A stretch of 64,000 nucleotides of DNA from Octopus vulgaris (lineage: Eukaryota): the NCBI GenBank assembly GCA_951406725.2, contig OX597819.1:106454001-106518000 (forward strand), written 5' to 3'. The translations under genes were made by a program, and so were the position numbers. Below the pieces are notes generated by a model. That model made no database searches, was not told the DNA's origin, and saw only the letters and a list, made by a program, of their open reading frames with translations. Shown piece after piece: positions 12,750 to 24,976 of this stretch (position 1 is the first letter of the stretch; the number at the start of each line of letters is the position of its first letter).

Positions 12750-13155
12750 AAGAACGCTGAAATGAGATTGGTATATAGTAATGTGTATAATCGAAGACAT
12801 TTTCATGGAAAGTGCTCTAGAAATTCATGAAATATTGCTATAATTTGAAAGAGTTATATTATAACCTATAATCAATAATTGTTCAACGTACGGTTTTATA
12901 AAAAAATTCTTGAAAAGCAAATTCAAAATTTGAAGATTTATTATTTTGGACCTATGGCACAATTCCACGAAAAAAATATAAAAAGAAAATGGGGAATATC
13001 TCGATAAAAAAGATGTGCTAGAATTTCACAGAGATTGATGTTGAGGCTTGTTTGTCTTTATGTTCGTATGATTTCTTATGTTGATCACTGAAATTGAAGT
13101 AATCATATACGTTTATTAATTCCACGTCCAACTATATGTATTTATATATCAAAGG
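12750..13155 (+). pseudogene. Possible decayed PAN/Apple-like domain relic
   Basis: NGEYLDKKDVLEF/(frameshift)TEIDVEACLSLCSYDFLC*S gives the C-x3-C-x5-C-x-S PAN signature; ends at donor-like AAG|GTAAGC. Confidence 0.35.
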
Positions 13156-14413
13156 TAAGCTTTTTTGTTAATACTGTTAGAAGTTTCTGTTGTAATAACC
13201 CTATGAACGTTAACCTTAGAGATACGACAAGTTTTAATATTTACATCTATATAACGCTCCGATCATTTATCGTCGAATGTTTTTAAGTGACTTATATATG
13301 GACATATACATAGAATCGCTTTCTACCTAGGAACGTTTATTGGTGCTCTAATGATATGCACTTTTTATACACTATTCCAGTGGTTCATACAAATTTGATG
13401 CTATATTTTAGATTATTTACATTTATTGTTTACTAAACCAACTCTTTTAACTGATGCGTACACTTCGGTTACTGGTTGAATTTTCAGTCGTTCTTAGGTT
13501 TAACTTTGGTGTGGAATTTGCAAAGGGACTTACTATCGTTGACTACAAGAAGGGCAGAATATAATAAATGCATCTATGGCACTCATGCATAATGGAAGGA
13601 CCATCATGCATTAAGAAAAATAGAGAGCTCCATAAATTTCGGTATAAAATAATTTCGAAAATTCTGAATGTGACTATGATCACTGTGTATGCTGCAATAA
13701 ATATAACATATAGCACAGTGGTTCGAAATACTTATAATTGATATGGAAGCAGAGTAAAAACTAGAAACATCAAAGTAGCTGCAGAGGTAGCACTTACTGA
13801 AAATCTACAGAGTGCGACAGCTTAAAATAACGGCCTTTAGTGATCACAGATTGAAATAACCCAAAACTGTAAACATGGCCTACTCTTAAAAGAGTCTTAT
13901 TAAATTTTCTTTCTAAATAAATTTTCCTAGAATGAATCAAATTCAGTACTATGGATATATCTAAGAATTAAGTATTTGGTGACGAACGAAATGCAAATAT
14001 TATTTTTTGAAATTACAAATGTACTTTCAGTTTCCTTCTTCACTATTTCAAACATCTTCCACCAATGCCATTAAATGAAGTTGGATAGCCTGTGCAGATC
14101 TCCGCTCAAAGTATATGTTGCTTCATACGTTCTAACCATCACTGTGAAACAAACAGAAAATAATCGGTGGTTTTTAGTTATCATCATTTGATGATTGATA
14201 AAATGTATTTACCAAAGATCAAATTAAATATTATATAGTCGGCGCTTCAGCATACACGCAGTGAAAATAAAGTCGATACGGTTTGCTAAAACTCTCTTCT
14301 GGAACGCACTTATCTAACAGCATAAGCCTATCTCTTTTCTATTGCACTGAAGATAACTTTTCGCTGTTATTGTGTTTCTTCTCGAGTATAGAATATTTTA
14401 TAGAAGTATGTCT

Positions 14414-14477
<64 letters not shown>

Positions 14478-14719
14478 GAACATCGTAACTCAAAGATTTC
14501 GTTAATTAAGCTGATCAAACTAGTATAAAAGACTGTTCGTTTTCATGGGAAAGAAGGTATGTTGTGATTGGAGATAGATTTGGCTGTTATATTTTGTAGG
14601 TCGAGTAGCTACGGACAGTTTAACGGGCTGGGTCATATCAATTCAATTAATTAGATAAAAAAGGATGATGATATACGGTTAGTATTTCTGAGTGAGTCGA
14701 CAAAATCGTAAGAACATCG

Positions 14720-14880
14720 AAGTCAACTGAAGGTATTTATTTGTGCTTCTTCAAATTCTGTGTTCAAATTTTCTCAAGGTCGATTTTTATCCCCCGAGAC
14801 CGATAAGACAAAGTAACTGTCAAATAATGAGATCGATACAATCAAATAATCCTTTTCACAAAATTTGTGGTCGTAGTATG
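14720..14880 (+). mobile_element. Old SINE family A copy
   Basis: TTCTGTGTTCAAATTTT..AAGGTCGA...GACCGATAAG..AAGTAAC, a diverged match to family A. Confidence 0.55.
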
Positions 14881-15377
14881 TCTTGTTAGAAATCAATAAT
14901 TTTGCTTTGCATAGATAACTTATAACAAGAGATTTCTGTAAAGGTCAACACCATACTAAATATGCGTTTATCTAAGCTTTAAAGGTGTCATATATTCATT
15001 ATTCCAGCAATTAATAATGTGTGACTTTTGAATGAATGGTTGCCAATTTTCCCTCTTGAATCGTAAATACGGATTCGAAATCGAGCACATATTAATGCAC
15101 TTTTTCTTATGAAGCCGACCTATTTCCAACAGAGCCATGAAACAAAGGCATTCCAACTTTGCCCTTCTTATCTCTTTAATCTGTCTGTGGAACACTTACC
15201 TAATATAACACTTCTTTGTTAACAATTGTTTGTTTTGATACTATACTGTATTATACAATATTTCGGTAGACTTTTAGTCTACAGTATCCATAGACAAACA
15301 TAATCGAAGATCTTTATAAAGCTAATGTGGTTTACATCTGTCTATAAATACAATATTGGCCAAACATTTATATACTA

Positions 15378-15623
15378 CTAGCAGTATCGCCCGGCGTTGC
15401 TCAGGTTTGTAAGGGAAATAACTATAAAGCATTTTCAGAGAGTTATAGCCAAAAAATGGGAACTTTTCAAAATTTTGGCTGCGTTAGTTTTGAATTATGA
15501 CATTGGGCTATGTGTGTGTCAAGTTTCATCAGAATCGGTTGAAAGCCGTGGTCAAGGTGAGGGTACAAGCAAACAGACACACAGAAACACGCACAGACAA
15601 ACTGCCGTTTATATATAGAGAGA
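15378..15623 (-). mobile_element. Short non-autonomous Helitron
   Basis: Minus strand starts TCTCTCTATATATAAACGGCAG and ends GAGCAACGCCGGGCGATACTGCTAG; inserted between A and T. The 5' part matches the element at 35459. Confidence 0.88.
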
Positions 15624-16169
15624 TGTACAACAATATATTATTAAGTTATCCATCATTTTCTTAATATTTTAAAGAGGTTGCCGTGTAATTTAAAAGCGAT
15701 TGAGGTACAACTTATAGTTGGTTGACATATCGCTTAAGTTCGTTAACGGGATTAATTACATCGTATAACTAGAACTGGGATTGTACTCGTTGTAGAGGTC
15801 CTATAAAACCATCCCTTATTGAACAAACTTATGATGAAAAGCATGCGTGCCTTCCGAGTAGCCAATGTGTTTCTACGTTTTAAAACAGCAGAGTCTGATT
15901 TATTATACAATGTAAAAAGTATTTACTATACATTGATTTATTATACATGGCAAACTTGTAATCACTTCACACCTAACATATAACTAGCAACAGTGATTTA
16001 CAAAACGAAAGTCGCAATTGGTAAATACGATAGAAAACAAGAAAATCAAAAGGAAGATAATGTTCATGCTAATGTGATAGTTAAATGTGGTTCGATTATA
16101 TTACGTACGTGTTTCAGAGATTTATATTCAAAATGAGATGAGCGAGGATGGAACTGAAACAAACGATTT

Positions 16170-16420
16170 CATCATCATCATCATCATCGTCGTTTAGCGT
16201 CCGTTTTCCATGCTAGCATGGGTTGGACGGTTCTACTGGGGTCTGTGAAGCCAGAAGGCTTTCATCAGGCCCAGTCAAATCTGGCAGTGTTTCTACGGCT
16301 GGATGCCCTTCCTAACGCCAACCACTCCGTGAGTGTAGTGGGTGCTTTTTACGTGCCACCCGCACAGGTGCCAGACAGAGCTGGCAAACGTCCACGAACG
16401 GATGGTGCATTTTATGTGCT
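16170..16420 (-). mobile_element. RTE-related SINE (Ceph-domain-like), 3' portion
   Basis: Minus strand GGTTGGCGTTAGGAAGGGCATCCAGCCGTAGAAAC and RTE-like tail CCAACCCATGCTAGCATGGAAAACGGACG...(GAT)n. Confidence 0.8.
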
Positions 16421-17179
16421 TTCTTTTTATGTGATTTCTTTTACTTAAAATATTAGTGAGTTGGTCAATAAGTTGTTCTAATATGAATAATTAAAAATAA
16501 ACTTCTTGTAAATATCAATGCACAACAGGAATATCGTGCCGTATCTTGTTATAGTGTTTCGGAGGTTAGATGGCAATAGCAATATCTATAATGATAGAAA
16601 CACTGAAAATGAATATCATATACACCAACAACTAACCAGCTTAAGACACCTGAGCCAATGGACTACCCTATACATTGTCTATTAAGTACCCTACTAGAGA
16701 TGGGATGCAAATCTTCCTCTAATTTCAGCTTCGAATCAACACAATCCTACAAATACGTTTGCAATGCTGTAATTATATTCATATAGTTGCTATTGTACTT
16801 TAATAGGTTTCCGCTATGAATCTTCTCCACACCATTCCGGTCTTTAAGTACATATCCATAAATTTTGCTTTTCAAAAAGAGATCCAATTAACTTTGATTA
16901 AGTGTCTCGTGATGAATATGCCAATTATTGTGTATAAATTCTGAGTATAAAATTTAGATATAGGCCATAAATATTGAGATAAATTCTTTACAAATTTCAA
17001 TTCACAAATTGTTCAGATAGTTTACATTGTGTTATTAACAAGTATCGAATTTTAGAGAAAATGATATTTGCTCGAAGGAAACTAGAAGACAATTACCTGT
17101 TACACAATCGATATAATGTGATAAAGTATGAGCTGTTCTCCAATTAACGTTTTGCATATTTAATACTTAATTATTTTAG

Positions 17180-17289
17180 ATTGCGGATGTGGATATCGTA
17201 GTATCGAAGGAAGAATTGATTATCATTATGAAAATAAACTTAATTTCCATTTATTACCACATTGCTCTTGCGATACAAATATTGAATAG
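17180..17289 (+). CDS. Candidate terminal exon, Cys-rich (DCGCGYRSIEGRIDYHYENKLNFHLLPHCSCDTNIE*)
   Basis: Branch-like CTTAAT plus acceptor TTATTTTAG; phase-1 open frame of 36 codons with two C-x-C pairs. Confidence 0.35.
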
Positions 17290-18250
17290 TAGTTTTATTC
17301 ATTTAGATTTTGTAATAATATTAAGTTACCTATCCCCACCACCCCGCTTTTATTGTTTAAACATCAATATAGTATTTGGGATATCAGCCTTATCCTGATA
17401 TAAATTTTTACAAAAACAAACAAGAATGAAAAAATGACATTATTGAATATATTGCTCAAACTACAATAGTTATTCTTGTGAATATTTTATTTTTGCTTCT
17501 TTGAAAGGAAATAGTATAGAATAGTTTTGCCAGTTCTATTCCAGTCTGTACCGTCAAATGTACAATATCGACAAGGCCCATCCTCAAAAATATTCCTGTC
17601 GTTATTATCTGTCATTGTGTATATCTCTTAAGATAATGTCTATGTCGTTTCATTTCGAAGACGATATCGTGTGGTTTGAGGTAAATTTGATTGCTATTTC
17701 TTACAAGTCGAGAAAGCAGTTACTGGTATGATTTACGTCTACGTTATGGCGTTATACTCAATCCATTTCCTAGTTTAATGCCAACATTAGTTTCTCTGTG
17801 TCTTTCGGAAAATACTTAGAGGTGCAAGCATAGCGAAAAGGTCACGAGCACTATCTGAAGATGTTAACTGTTTCCTCCCCCTTCTCTTCATTGTGTATGA
17901 AATTGTGCAGAAAGGTAGTGAATATGGCCTTTCTTTCTTTTAATGATTTATCTAACAATATACATTATACAAACGGATTAATTTTCTTCCAATGGACATT
18001 TGTGGAAGTATTGATTTCTATCTTTGTTTATCTACTGAATGCAATTCTGGTCGTTTTAACTGTGAATCTATTTACTCAGTGTTTTATGCATCATAAGATT
18101 ATAACTAAGTTATAATTATCAGAAGTGCATTGCACGTAAATATGAATATGGGGTTAATATGAGGAATGTCAATCATGTGATTCTTGTTTCAGTTCTACTG
18201 CTTTGGACTGTCGTTTACTATAGTCTTAAGTAGTGTGTGTGTGTGTGTTT

Positions 18251-18412
18251 GTGAAGGCGTATGGCTCAGTGGTTAGAGTGTCGGACTCACCATCATGAGG
18301 TAGTGAGTTCAATTCCCGGAAAGGGCTGTGTGTTCTGTTTTGAACAAGACACTATTTCAAGTTGCTACAGTTCACTCACCTGTAGAAATGAGTTGTGACG
18401 TAACGGGTACCA
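18251..18412 (+). mobile_element. tRNA-derived SINE family C
   Basis: A box TGGCTCAGTGG, B box GAGTTCAATTCCC, followed by a non-tRNA body (TTGAACAAGACACTATTTC). Confidence 0.8.
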
Positions 18413-18697
18413 AATCTATCTATCTATCTATATATATATATATGTATATATATATATTTGTGCGTGTGTGTATATCTGCGAGAAATGGCGATGAATAGGC
18501 AAAAGTACTAATGAGTCGGAGAGAAAACCTTGCGCCAATTATTTTGGTTACTTCTTAATTTTTGCTTTTTATTTCACTTTTAGCAGGACCTACTATTCTT
18601 TATAGAACATTCCAGCTTGGTGAGAGGGAAAAATGAAGAGACTTTCAAACTGGAGACCATATTCCAATGTTTCCCAAGACAGTGAACTCTGGTAAAC

Positions 18698-18920
18698 GCA
18701 CACATGGACCAACTGGCGTTCATTATAACCTTTGTACAGGGTGTTCATTATAACCTATGTTCAGGGGAGGTCAGCCGCTTCCATTTGCCGGTCTGACATC
18801 TACATATTAGTTTCAGGGTATTTGCCCCTTATCAATGTAGAACAGCCGAACCAGGGGAAGGTGGGGAAGTGGCTGACCTCCCCTGTTCGAAGGTTATAAA
18901 GGGCACAGGTTCGTGTGTGA
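18698..18920. mobile_element. Small inverted-repeat element (about 35-bp arms) enclosing a hammerhead-like motif; probably Penelope-derived
   Basis: TTATAACCTATGTTCAGGGGAGGTCAGCCGCTTCC (18748) is an imperfect inverse of GGAAGTGGCTGACCTCCCCTGTTCGAAGGTTATAA (ends 18899). Confidence 0.7.
18799..18841 (-). ncRNA. Minimal type I hammerhead ribozyme-like motif (U3-A8 variant)
   Basis: TCTACA-TTGATAA-GGGG-CAAATA-CCCT-GAAA-CTAATA-TGTAGA: stem I, core, stem II and GAAA are present; stem III has one mismatch. Confidence 0.55.
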
Positions 18921-20035
18921 CATAGCTAGCTAGAGGCGATGGCCTCTTGGAGTTAATCAACGGCAGCATTCGTACTATTTTTCTGGACTGTCATGTTAGC
19001 TTGGTTTTAACTATTAATGTATATATATATATTAATGTATTATATATATACATATATATATATATTAATGTATATATATTAATGTATATATATATAATTG
19101 GTGGTAGAACTTACCTGTCATTTATTTCGATGACACCACTTTTTCTTTTATGGAGACCTTAATGTTACATGCACATGGGTCATAAAATTTCTTGTCTGGT
19201 ATATTCTTCCTCCTTTATTGATACTAGTCTAGGACACCAGCGGGACGGCCCGGAACGCTATACTTCTGGGTTTTTTTTTGTTTTTTATCTGAGCATAAAT
19301 GAAAATAATCCCTAAACTCTTACTGGTTTCTTAAATGATATTCTCCTGTAGAATGTGTTAAGTTATCTACGATTGCTTTATATAATATGTAATATAATAC
19401 ACTACAAAAAAAAAAAAAAAAAGATCGGTCTATGATAAGTTGTTGGTATTGCTAACACACATGTGAGATCTAATCGAGGAGGTCTATGAACAGCAATATT
19501 GCAGCTGTTGCCAAAGAATATAAGAAGATGACTTACAGTCTCATTTGACAGCCTATTTAGTATGGGTGATTCGATATTTTTTGACATAAACATACTAATA
19601 TCTCTCTTGTTCATTCTATCTCCTCTCTCTCTCTCCCTCTCTCTCTGTCTGTCTGTCTGTCTGTCTGTCTCTCGTTTTACATTTCACCTAATAATGAAAT
19701 TGCTAACAGGCAACTTCGGATAACACAGTTGTAGATGACCGGAGCGTAAGTAAGGAACTTAGAGTGTAATGATCCAATCCTTATGGAATTTTTTTTTACC
19801 TATGCTTAGATGACTTTAGATAAATTGTAATTATTTTTCTCTCTCCCACTCGCTCTCATTCTATCTGTATGTTAATATTCCTGAGCCTTCGTGCATGCGT
19901 GTGTGTGTGTTTGCCTCCAATGCCAAAAAGTACTATATGTGAAACAATTTCAGTGACCAGTGAGTCGTGCAAACCCGTCAGCGTCTTAACAGCAGCAACC
20001 AATCATCTCATTCCGTTCACCCAATATACTTTTTT

Positions 20036-20405
20036 AAGTCGGCGAGCTGGCAGAAACGTTAGCACGCCGGGCGAAATGCTTAGCGGTATTTCGTCTGCCG
20101 CTACGTTCTGAGTTCAAATTCCGCGAAGGTCGACTTTGCCTTTCATCCTTTCGGGGTCGATTAAATAAGTACCAGTTACGCACTGGGGTCGATATAATCG
20201 ACTTAATCCGTTTGTCTGTTTTTGTTTGTCCCTTCTGTGTTTAGCCCCTTGTTGGTAGTAAAGAAATAGGTATTTCGTCTGCCGTTACGTTCTGAGTTCA
20301 AATTCCGCCAAGGTCGACTTTGCTTTTCATCCTTTCCGGGTTGATTAAATAATTACCAGTTACGCACTTGGGTTGTTGTAATCGACTTAATCCCTTTGTC
20401 TGTAC
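20036..20405 (+). mobile_element. SINE family A, full-length copy plus tandem partial second unit
   Basis: GGCGAGCTGGCAGAAACGTTAGC (A box) and GAGTTCAAATTCC (B box); the segment from GGTATTTCGTCT is repeated at 20269. Confidence 0.92.
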
Positions 20406-20529
20406 ATTGGTAGGCCATTAAAATAAACACACCAAATTGTCTATTTACAGAGTCATGTGATAGAGAAAAAGGTGAAGAGAGAGAAAAAATAAAAAATAAG
20501 TAAACAAAGAATATACAAAGAAAAAGGGT

Positions 20530-21390
20530 AAGGAAATTCATAGCGACAATACCCTTCTCAATATGTGCGACGTAGCAGTTAAGACAATCTTTTGCACTTA
20601 TTGTATGGATGGTAAGCCAGGGATCATTCTTAAGTAATTTTCAGTTCTTTTCTTTATCATTCCTAGTGCTCATACAGTCATTGATACTGTAACTGTTTTG
20701 AGATCCCATATCTTTTCGATTTCAATGAGTAAATGTTTATATTTTCTGAGCTTATCAAATTCATTTGCAGAGATATTATGGACACAAGGTATGCTCATAT
20801 CAACCAATAAACAAACTTTATTATTTTGGTCTTTCACAACAACAGCTAGTTTGTTTGCTATGATTGCCCGGTCTGTACATACTGGGAAGTCCCAGATAAT
20901 AGTTACATATTCTCCTTCTGTTACAGCCCCAGAGTGATGCTTGTACCATTTCTCAGCAGTTTTGATTTTATAATGCCGGCACGTTATCCTGTGTAGATAT
21001 TGGCGATCTCTGTCATGTCTTGATTTATACTCTAGAGGTACTAAAACCCTACATCCAGAGATTAGGTGGTCAACAGTTTCAAAACCATCGTTGTAGTATC
21101 GGCACTTTGGTCTACACCATTTTCCCTCACATTAGCTTGATAATTCCAGGTCAATAAGCTCTGATCTTGGGCAAACAAGATAAAGCTTTCACTTTCTGCC
21201 TTTATACCTGAGCTCCGTAGCCACTGATGGGTGTACTTCTGTCTATATTAGCTTGTTTGCTACGGGCCATACATTTGCAATGCATTATCGTCTTTACCAT
21301 AGAGTTTTAAGTCATCCGTATAAAATAGATGACTTATTTTCATGTCGCCAATTTTATATCCATAAACTGTTCTGTTAAGTTCATTTGTTT
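20530..21390 (-). mobile_element. RLE-type (R4/Dong-like) LINE, 3' relic with internal deletion
   Basis: GYKIGDMKISHLFYTDDLKL (RT YxDD) joined to HQWLRSSGIKAE, CRYY...ETVDHLISGC...YKSRHD, IIWDFPVCTDR, DMSIP..NIS..EFDKLRKY, VQKIVL. Confidence 0.9.
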
Positions 21391-21399
21391 GCTGTTATG

Positions 21400-21700
21400 T
21401 ACATTTAAAAGTACTTTTGATAATATTCACAGATTAAAATGTTTCTTTGAATTACATAGACAATATTTTTCTTAGAATATGAGCAGTTCGCATAAGCACT
21501 ATTTTTGAAATTTCTTCCATTTGTGGATTTCCTGGTATCTGAGATAGGGAACAACCAGCCCATTTTGCAATCATCCTTCGGGCGCTTATGACAACAGGTA
21601 TTCTTTTAATCTTCAGATTCCAAATCTTACCAATTGCTATTTCAAGATCTTTATATTTGCTTAACCAGTTTCTATTTCAAGATATTTATATTTGCTCATT
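21400..21700 (-). mobile_element. Second RLE-type LINE 3' tip
   Basis: KYKDLEIAIGKIWNLKIKRIPVVI...QIPGNPQMEEISKIVLMRTAHILRKILSM*. Confidence 0.8.
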
Positions 21701-21724
21701 CTTCTTCTTCTTCTTCTTCTTCTT

Positions 21725-21755
<31 letters not shown>

Positions 21756-21795
21756 GTTGTCGTCGTCGTTGTCGTAGTAGTAGTAGTAGCAGCAG
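21699..21795. repeat. (TTC)n/(GTC)n/(GTA)n microsatellite
   Basis: Directly visible. Confidence 0.9.
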
Positions 21796-22049
21796 TTATA
21801 GTAACTTGACGACTTTTATGAAAGTGACATTCATAAGAGAGTATTGTTGTATTTAAAAGAGATTTATCTGTGAAATACATTAGGTGGGCGACAATAGCGA
21901 GATTCCTTCATTGCATCGTCTGTGTCATATAGTCAATTAGTTGGAAAACGTAACTACACCGAAAAGTAGCTATGAGAAATAATTTAACCATCAGAGTTTG
22001 TCACATGAATTTAATACTATTGTATAAAACAATGATATTACATCCTTGT

Positions 22050-22345
22050 ATTTTAGGTGAAACTTCCTTCTTTACCTTTTTTCTCCGATTAACATCATTA
22101 AAAGCTGTGCCATTACTACAACTCATTAGCTAATGAGATATCCTCACGCATCTGTTGTTACAATCTTTTCTTCTAATCTCTTAATCCTACTTCCGATTAT
22201 TTTGTTCGTCATCCCCAAAGAAAATTTTCAAATCAGCCTCAAACACTAGATCTCTTCTGACATCCTTTACCACCAGTACGTATGCCTTATTCTCTGTAAT
22301 GATATTTTACTCCCTCGGATACTGAACCGGTCTAAGAATATACTA
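22050..22345 (-). mobile_element. LINE fragment (R4-like N-terminal region)
   Basis: RIKRLEEKI...REDIS resembles the R4-clade W..RL..KI..LR.DIS motif. Confidence 0.4.
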
Positions 22346-24246
22346 CAGAAAAATATCAGTACCACAAGATATTATTTGATATCTTCTCAATACTGAATGT
22401 TTCCTTTTTTTCCTTTCGGCAAAGGGAATCACCCGGTAACCGAGTACATATCGCGGTAAAGAGGCATCAGGGGATCTGAAATGAATAAGAAAAGCATTAA
22501 CGTCTATTTTCACTGTCTGTATCATTCTTTCAAACATTCGGTCAGATGCAGTGTAGTATGGGTATATATCAAAATGTTTGAAATTTATCTTCGTAGGCCA
22601 CACTTACAACGGTTCATTACAGGTCTCTAAAACTATCTGAAACTATTGTTTGTAGAAGGTCATTCCATATAAATAGAGTTCTTAAAACTTTGGGCACCCT
22701 TTCAGCAGACCGGTCATTAATCATGATGATTTCTCTCAAACCAAACAAAACATCAAATATGATAAACAATTCAACATTCGGAACATGGCCATGATTCATA
22801 TGTACACGTGACTATGGATGCTTTTCTTTAATTAGCGAAGTCTGCTCAAAAACGTTTCTTATGTGTATAATCTGATGGCATTTAGAACCATTTCAAATAT
22901 AATTTTTGACATAATTAGAATAACCAAGCTGCCATGCAGCTTCACAATGAACGTCCATCAAGTTGCTTTTTTATGGAAATAAGCCACCATAGCGCAGAGA
23001 CAACAATGTCCTCATTCACCAGTTAATGTTTTTCACATTGCTTCAATGTAATGAGAAAAAACAATCATTGAGAGTTTATTCCTTCTATTCGCTTTGATTC
23101 GATCAACAATCCTTTGCAAAACTGCAACATACTTTCATTCAATCTGTAATTGTTTCCTTTCCAATACATCTGTTCCCACGTAATAAATAAATGATATATC
23201 TATTGCATTTTTTTCTGACTTTATTGGCTCATTAAAATTAATTAATGAAAGAGCATCAACAGCCTTATATAAAACCTTGTTCCCAAAAGCAGCAATTTGA
23301 ATTTGCATGTTACGTTATGCAGTTTCCTTTTGGATTTGTCAGTTCTCAAGAAACATTCTTGTCTTAATAAAATATGCAGACTATCGACAGAGACAATCTT
23401 TCAATATGAGAATAGTTACATTCATCTTCAGATACACATCATAACAAATAAGAAAGGTCATTCTAAGCCAGTACCCTGATATTGAATGTTGACTAGCATC
23501 TATTGTGACCATGACCTCTTTTGTTTTATTAGATATCTATACGAAAAGATATTTCAGGCTATTATCCCTTTAATATTTGAAAGAATGTATGTACATTCTT
23601 TCATGAAAACGTCGATGGCTTTCTTTACAGGGCTGCAAATCCAGTGACTTTTTCAAGAATATGCAAGAATAATTTCATAAGAGACTGTCATTTCCAAAAA
23701 ATAATATCCAAACCAGGTAAACTTGTTATTATTTATTACTGGAAGTCATCAATCTTTAATGCAAATATTCGTCTGATAAAGTGTCATACCGGTGACATCT
23801 AATGCATTTTCCAACGTACATTAAATATAACGTTGTTCTTAAAGCGCATAACAGGCATATCCAAAGCAATACCCCGAGGGACATCTTCCCTCTTCTTATT
23901 TCCTGGGCATCATCAGAAACTGGGATTCAAAGGTAAGCCACATGTTCTTTGTGATAAGAATGACATCGATGTCGAGTTATGCTTCCAATTGTACATTGAT
24001 TTAACAGAAGCCAGTGCGTTGGATGCCCTGTCCCAATTACGAAGATATTGATCGACACTTAGTCATTACCTGTATCACAATCAACTTTCTAAACTCTCTC
24101 ACATTTCTCCTCAGAATATGGACAGACTGACTGAAATAGTACACTTTCTCATATTATCGGTATAGCCACAAAACTAAAATGTAAAGGGTCATTTTGTCAA
24201 CATGTGACACTGACAAAAATCTGTATCATTTTAAACTACTGAATGT

Positions 24247-24535
24247 TTTTTAAAATTTTTTATGTGTCTTTTTCAAGCCTAGTCAGGCTCATGGGCCCGG
24301 TTTCCCGGTTTCTGTGGCGTATGTGTTCCCCCCAGCTGGACGGGACGCCAGTCCATCGCAGCGTTACTCAAGAAACAGGAAGAAAGAGTGAGAGAAAGTT
24401 GTGGCGAAAGAAAGCTTCGTGGATCTTTAGATGTTTTCGCTCAATAAACACACACAACACCCGATCTGGGAATCGAAACCGCGATACTCCGACCGCGAGT
24501 TTGCTGCTCTAACCAATGGGCCATAGCGCCTCCAC
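24247..24535 (-). mobile_element. tRNA-derived SINE family E, full length, inserted in the Gypsy gag region
   Basis: Head GGAGGCGCTATGGCCCATTGGTTAGAGC, B box GGTTTCGATTCCC, body GCGATGGACTGGCGTCCCGTCCAG, A-rich tail; TSD TACTGAATGT/TGCTGAATGT. Confidence 0.88.
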
Positions 24536-24957
24536 TGCTGAATGTGGGCAATACAAATTAGCAACAGCGATGTGCAGGATTTAATTCATCATCAATATGT
24601 TGTAACAGCCATTTTCTCTGCAACTAATTAAATTCACAAAAGAATCAAAGGCGTATGCCTTCTGTTAAACTTTCATAATGTGTCTCAGTGTCAGAGAGCT
24701 TGCCTTTCAGCAACAACACACTTCTTTGATATTATCGAGAATGTCGTAATCTTTTATATCTATGAAGTTCCTCTCCAGCCTCACATTTGGTTACATTACA
24801 GGGACTCTTAATATATTCATCTCAGGCTTTAGTTATGAAGAGAGTTGGTATTTGTTTACTATTTTCAGAGTTCTGGAGGTTTATTGTCCTAGAACTTGTT
24901 GAAAGATATTGTAAGCTAGTGTTACTAAAATTAAGTTCAGGTACTACTAATTCTCCA

Positions 24958-24976
24958 AATCCTGTCGGCAGCGCCA
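24958..24976 (-). promoter_or_regulatory. Primer-binding site complementary to a tRNA-Ser-like 3' end
   Basis: Minus strand TGGCGCTGCCGACAGGATT; the plus strand reads like a tRNA 3' end with CCA (AATCCTGTCGGCAGCG-CCA), upstream of the Gypsy coding relic. Confidence 0.7.

Noticed and set aside
18251-18325. tRNA gene-like A/B boxes (also at 24460-24535 and 26450-26520)
   Set aside because: No intact cloverleaf or terminator; each continues into a SINE body.
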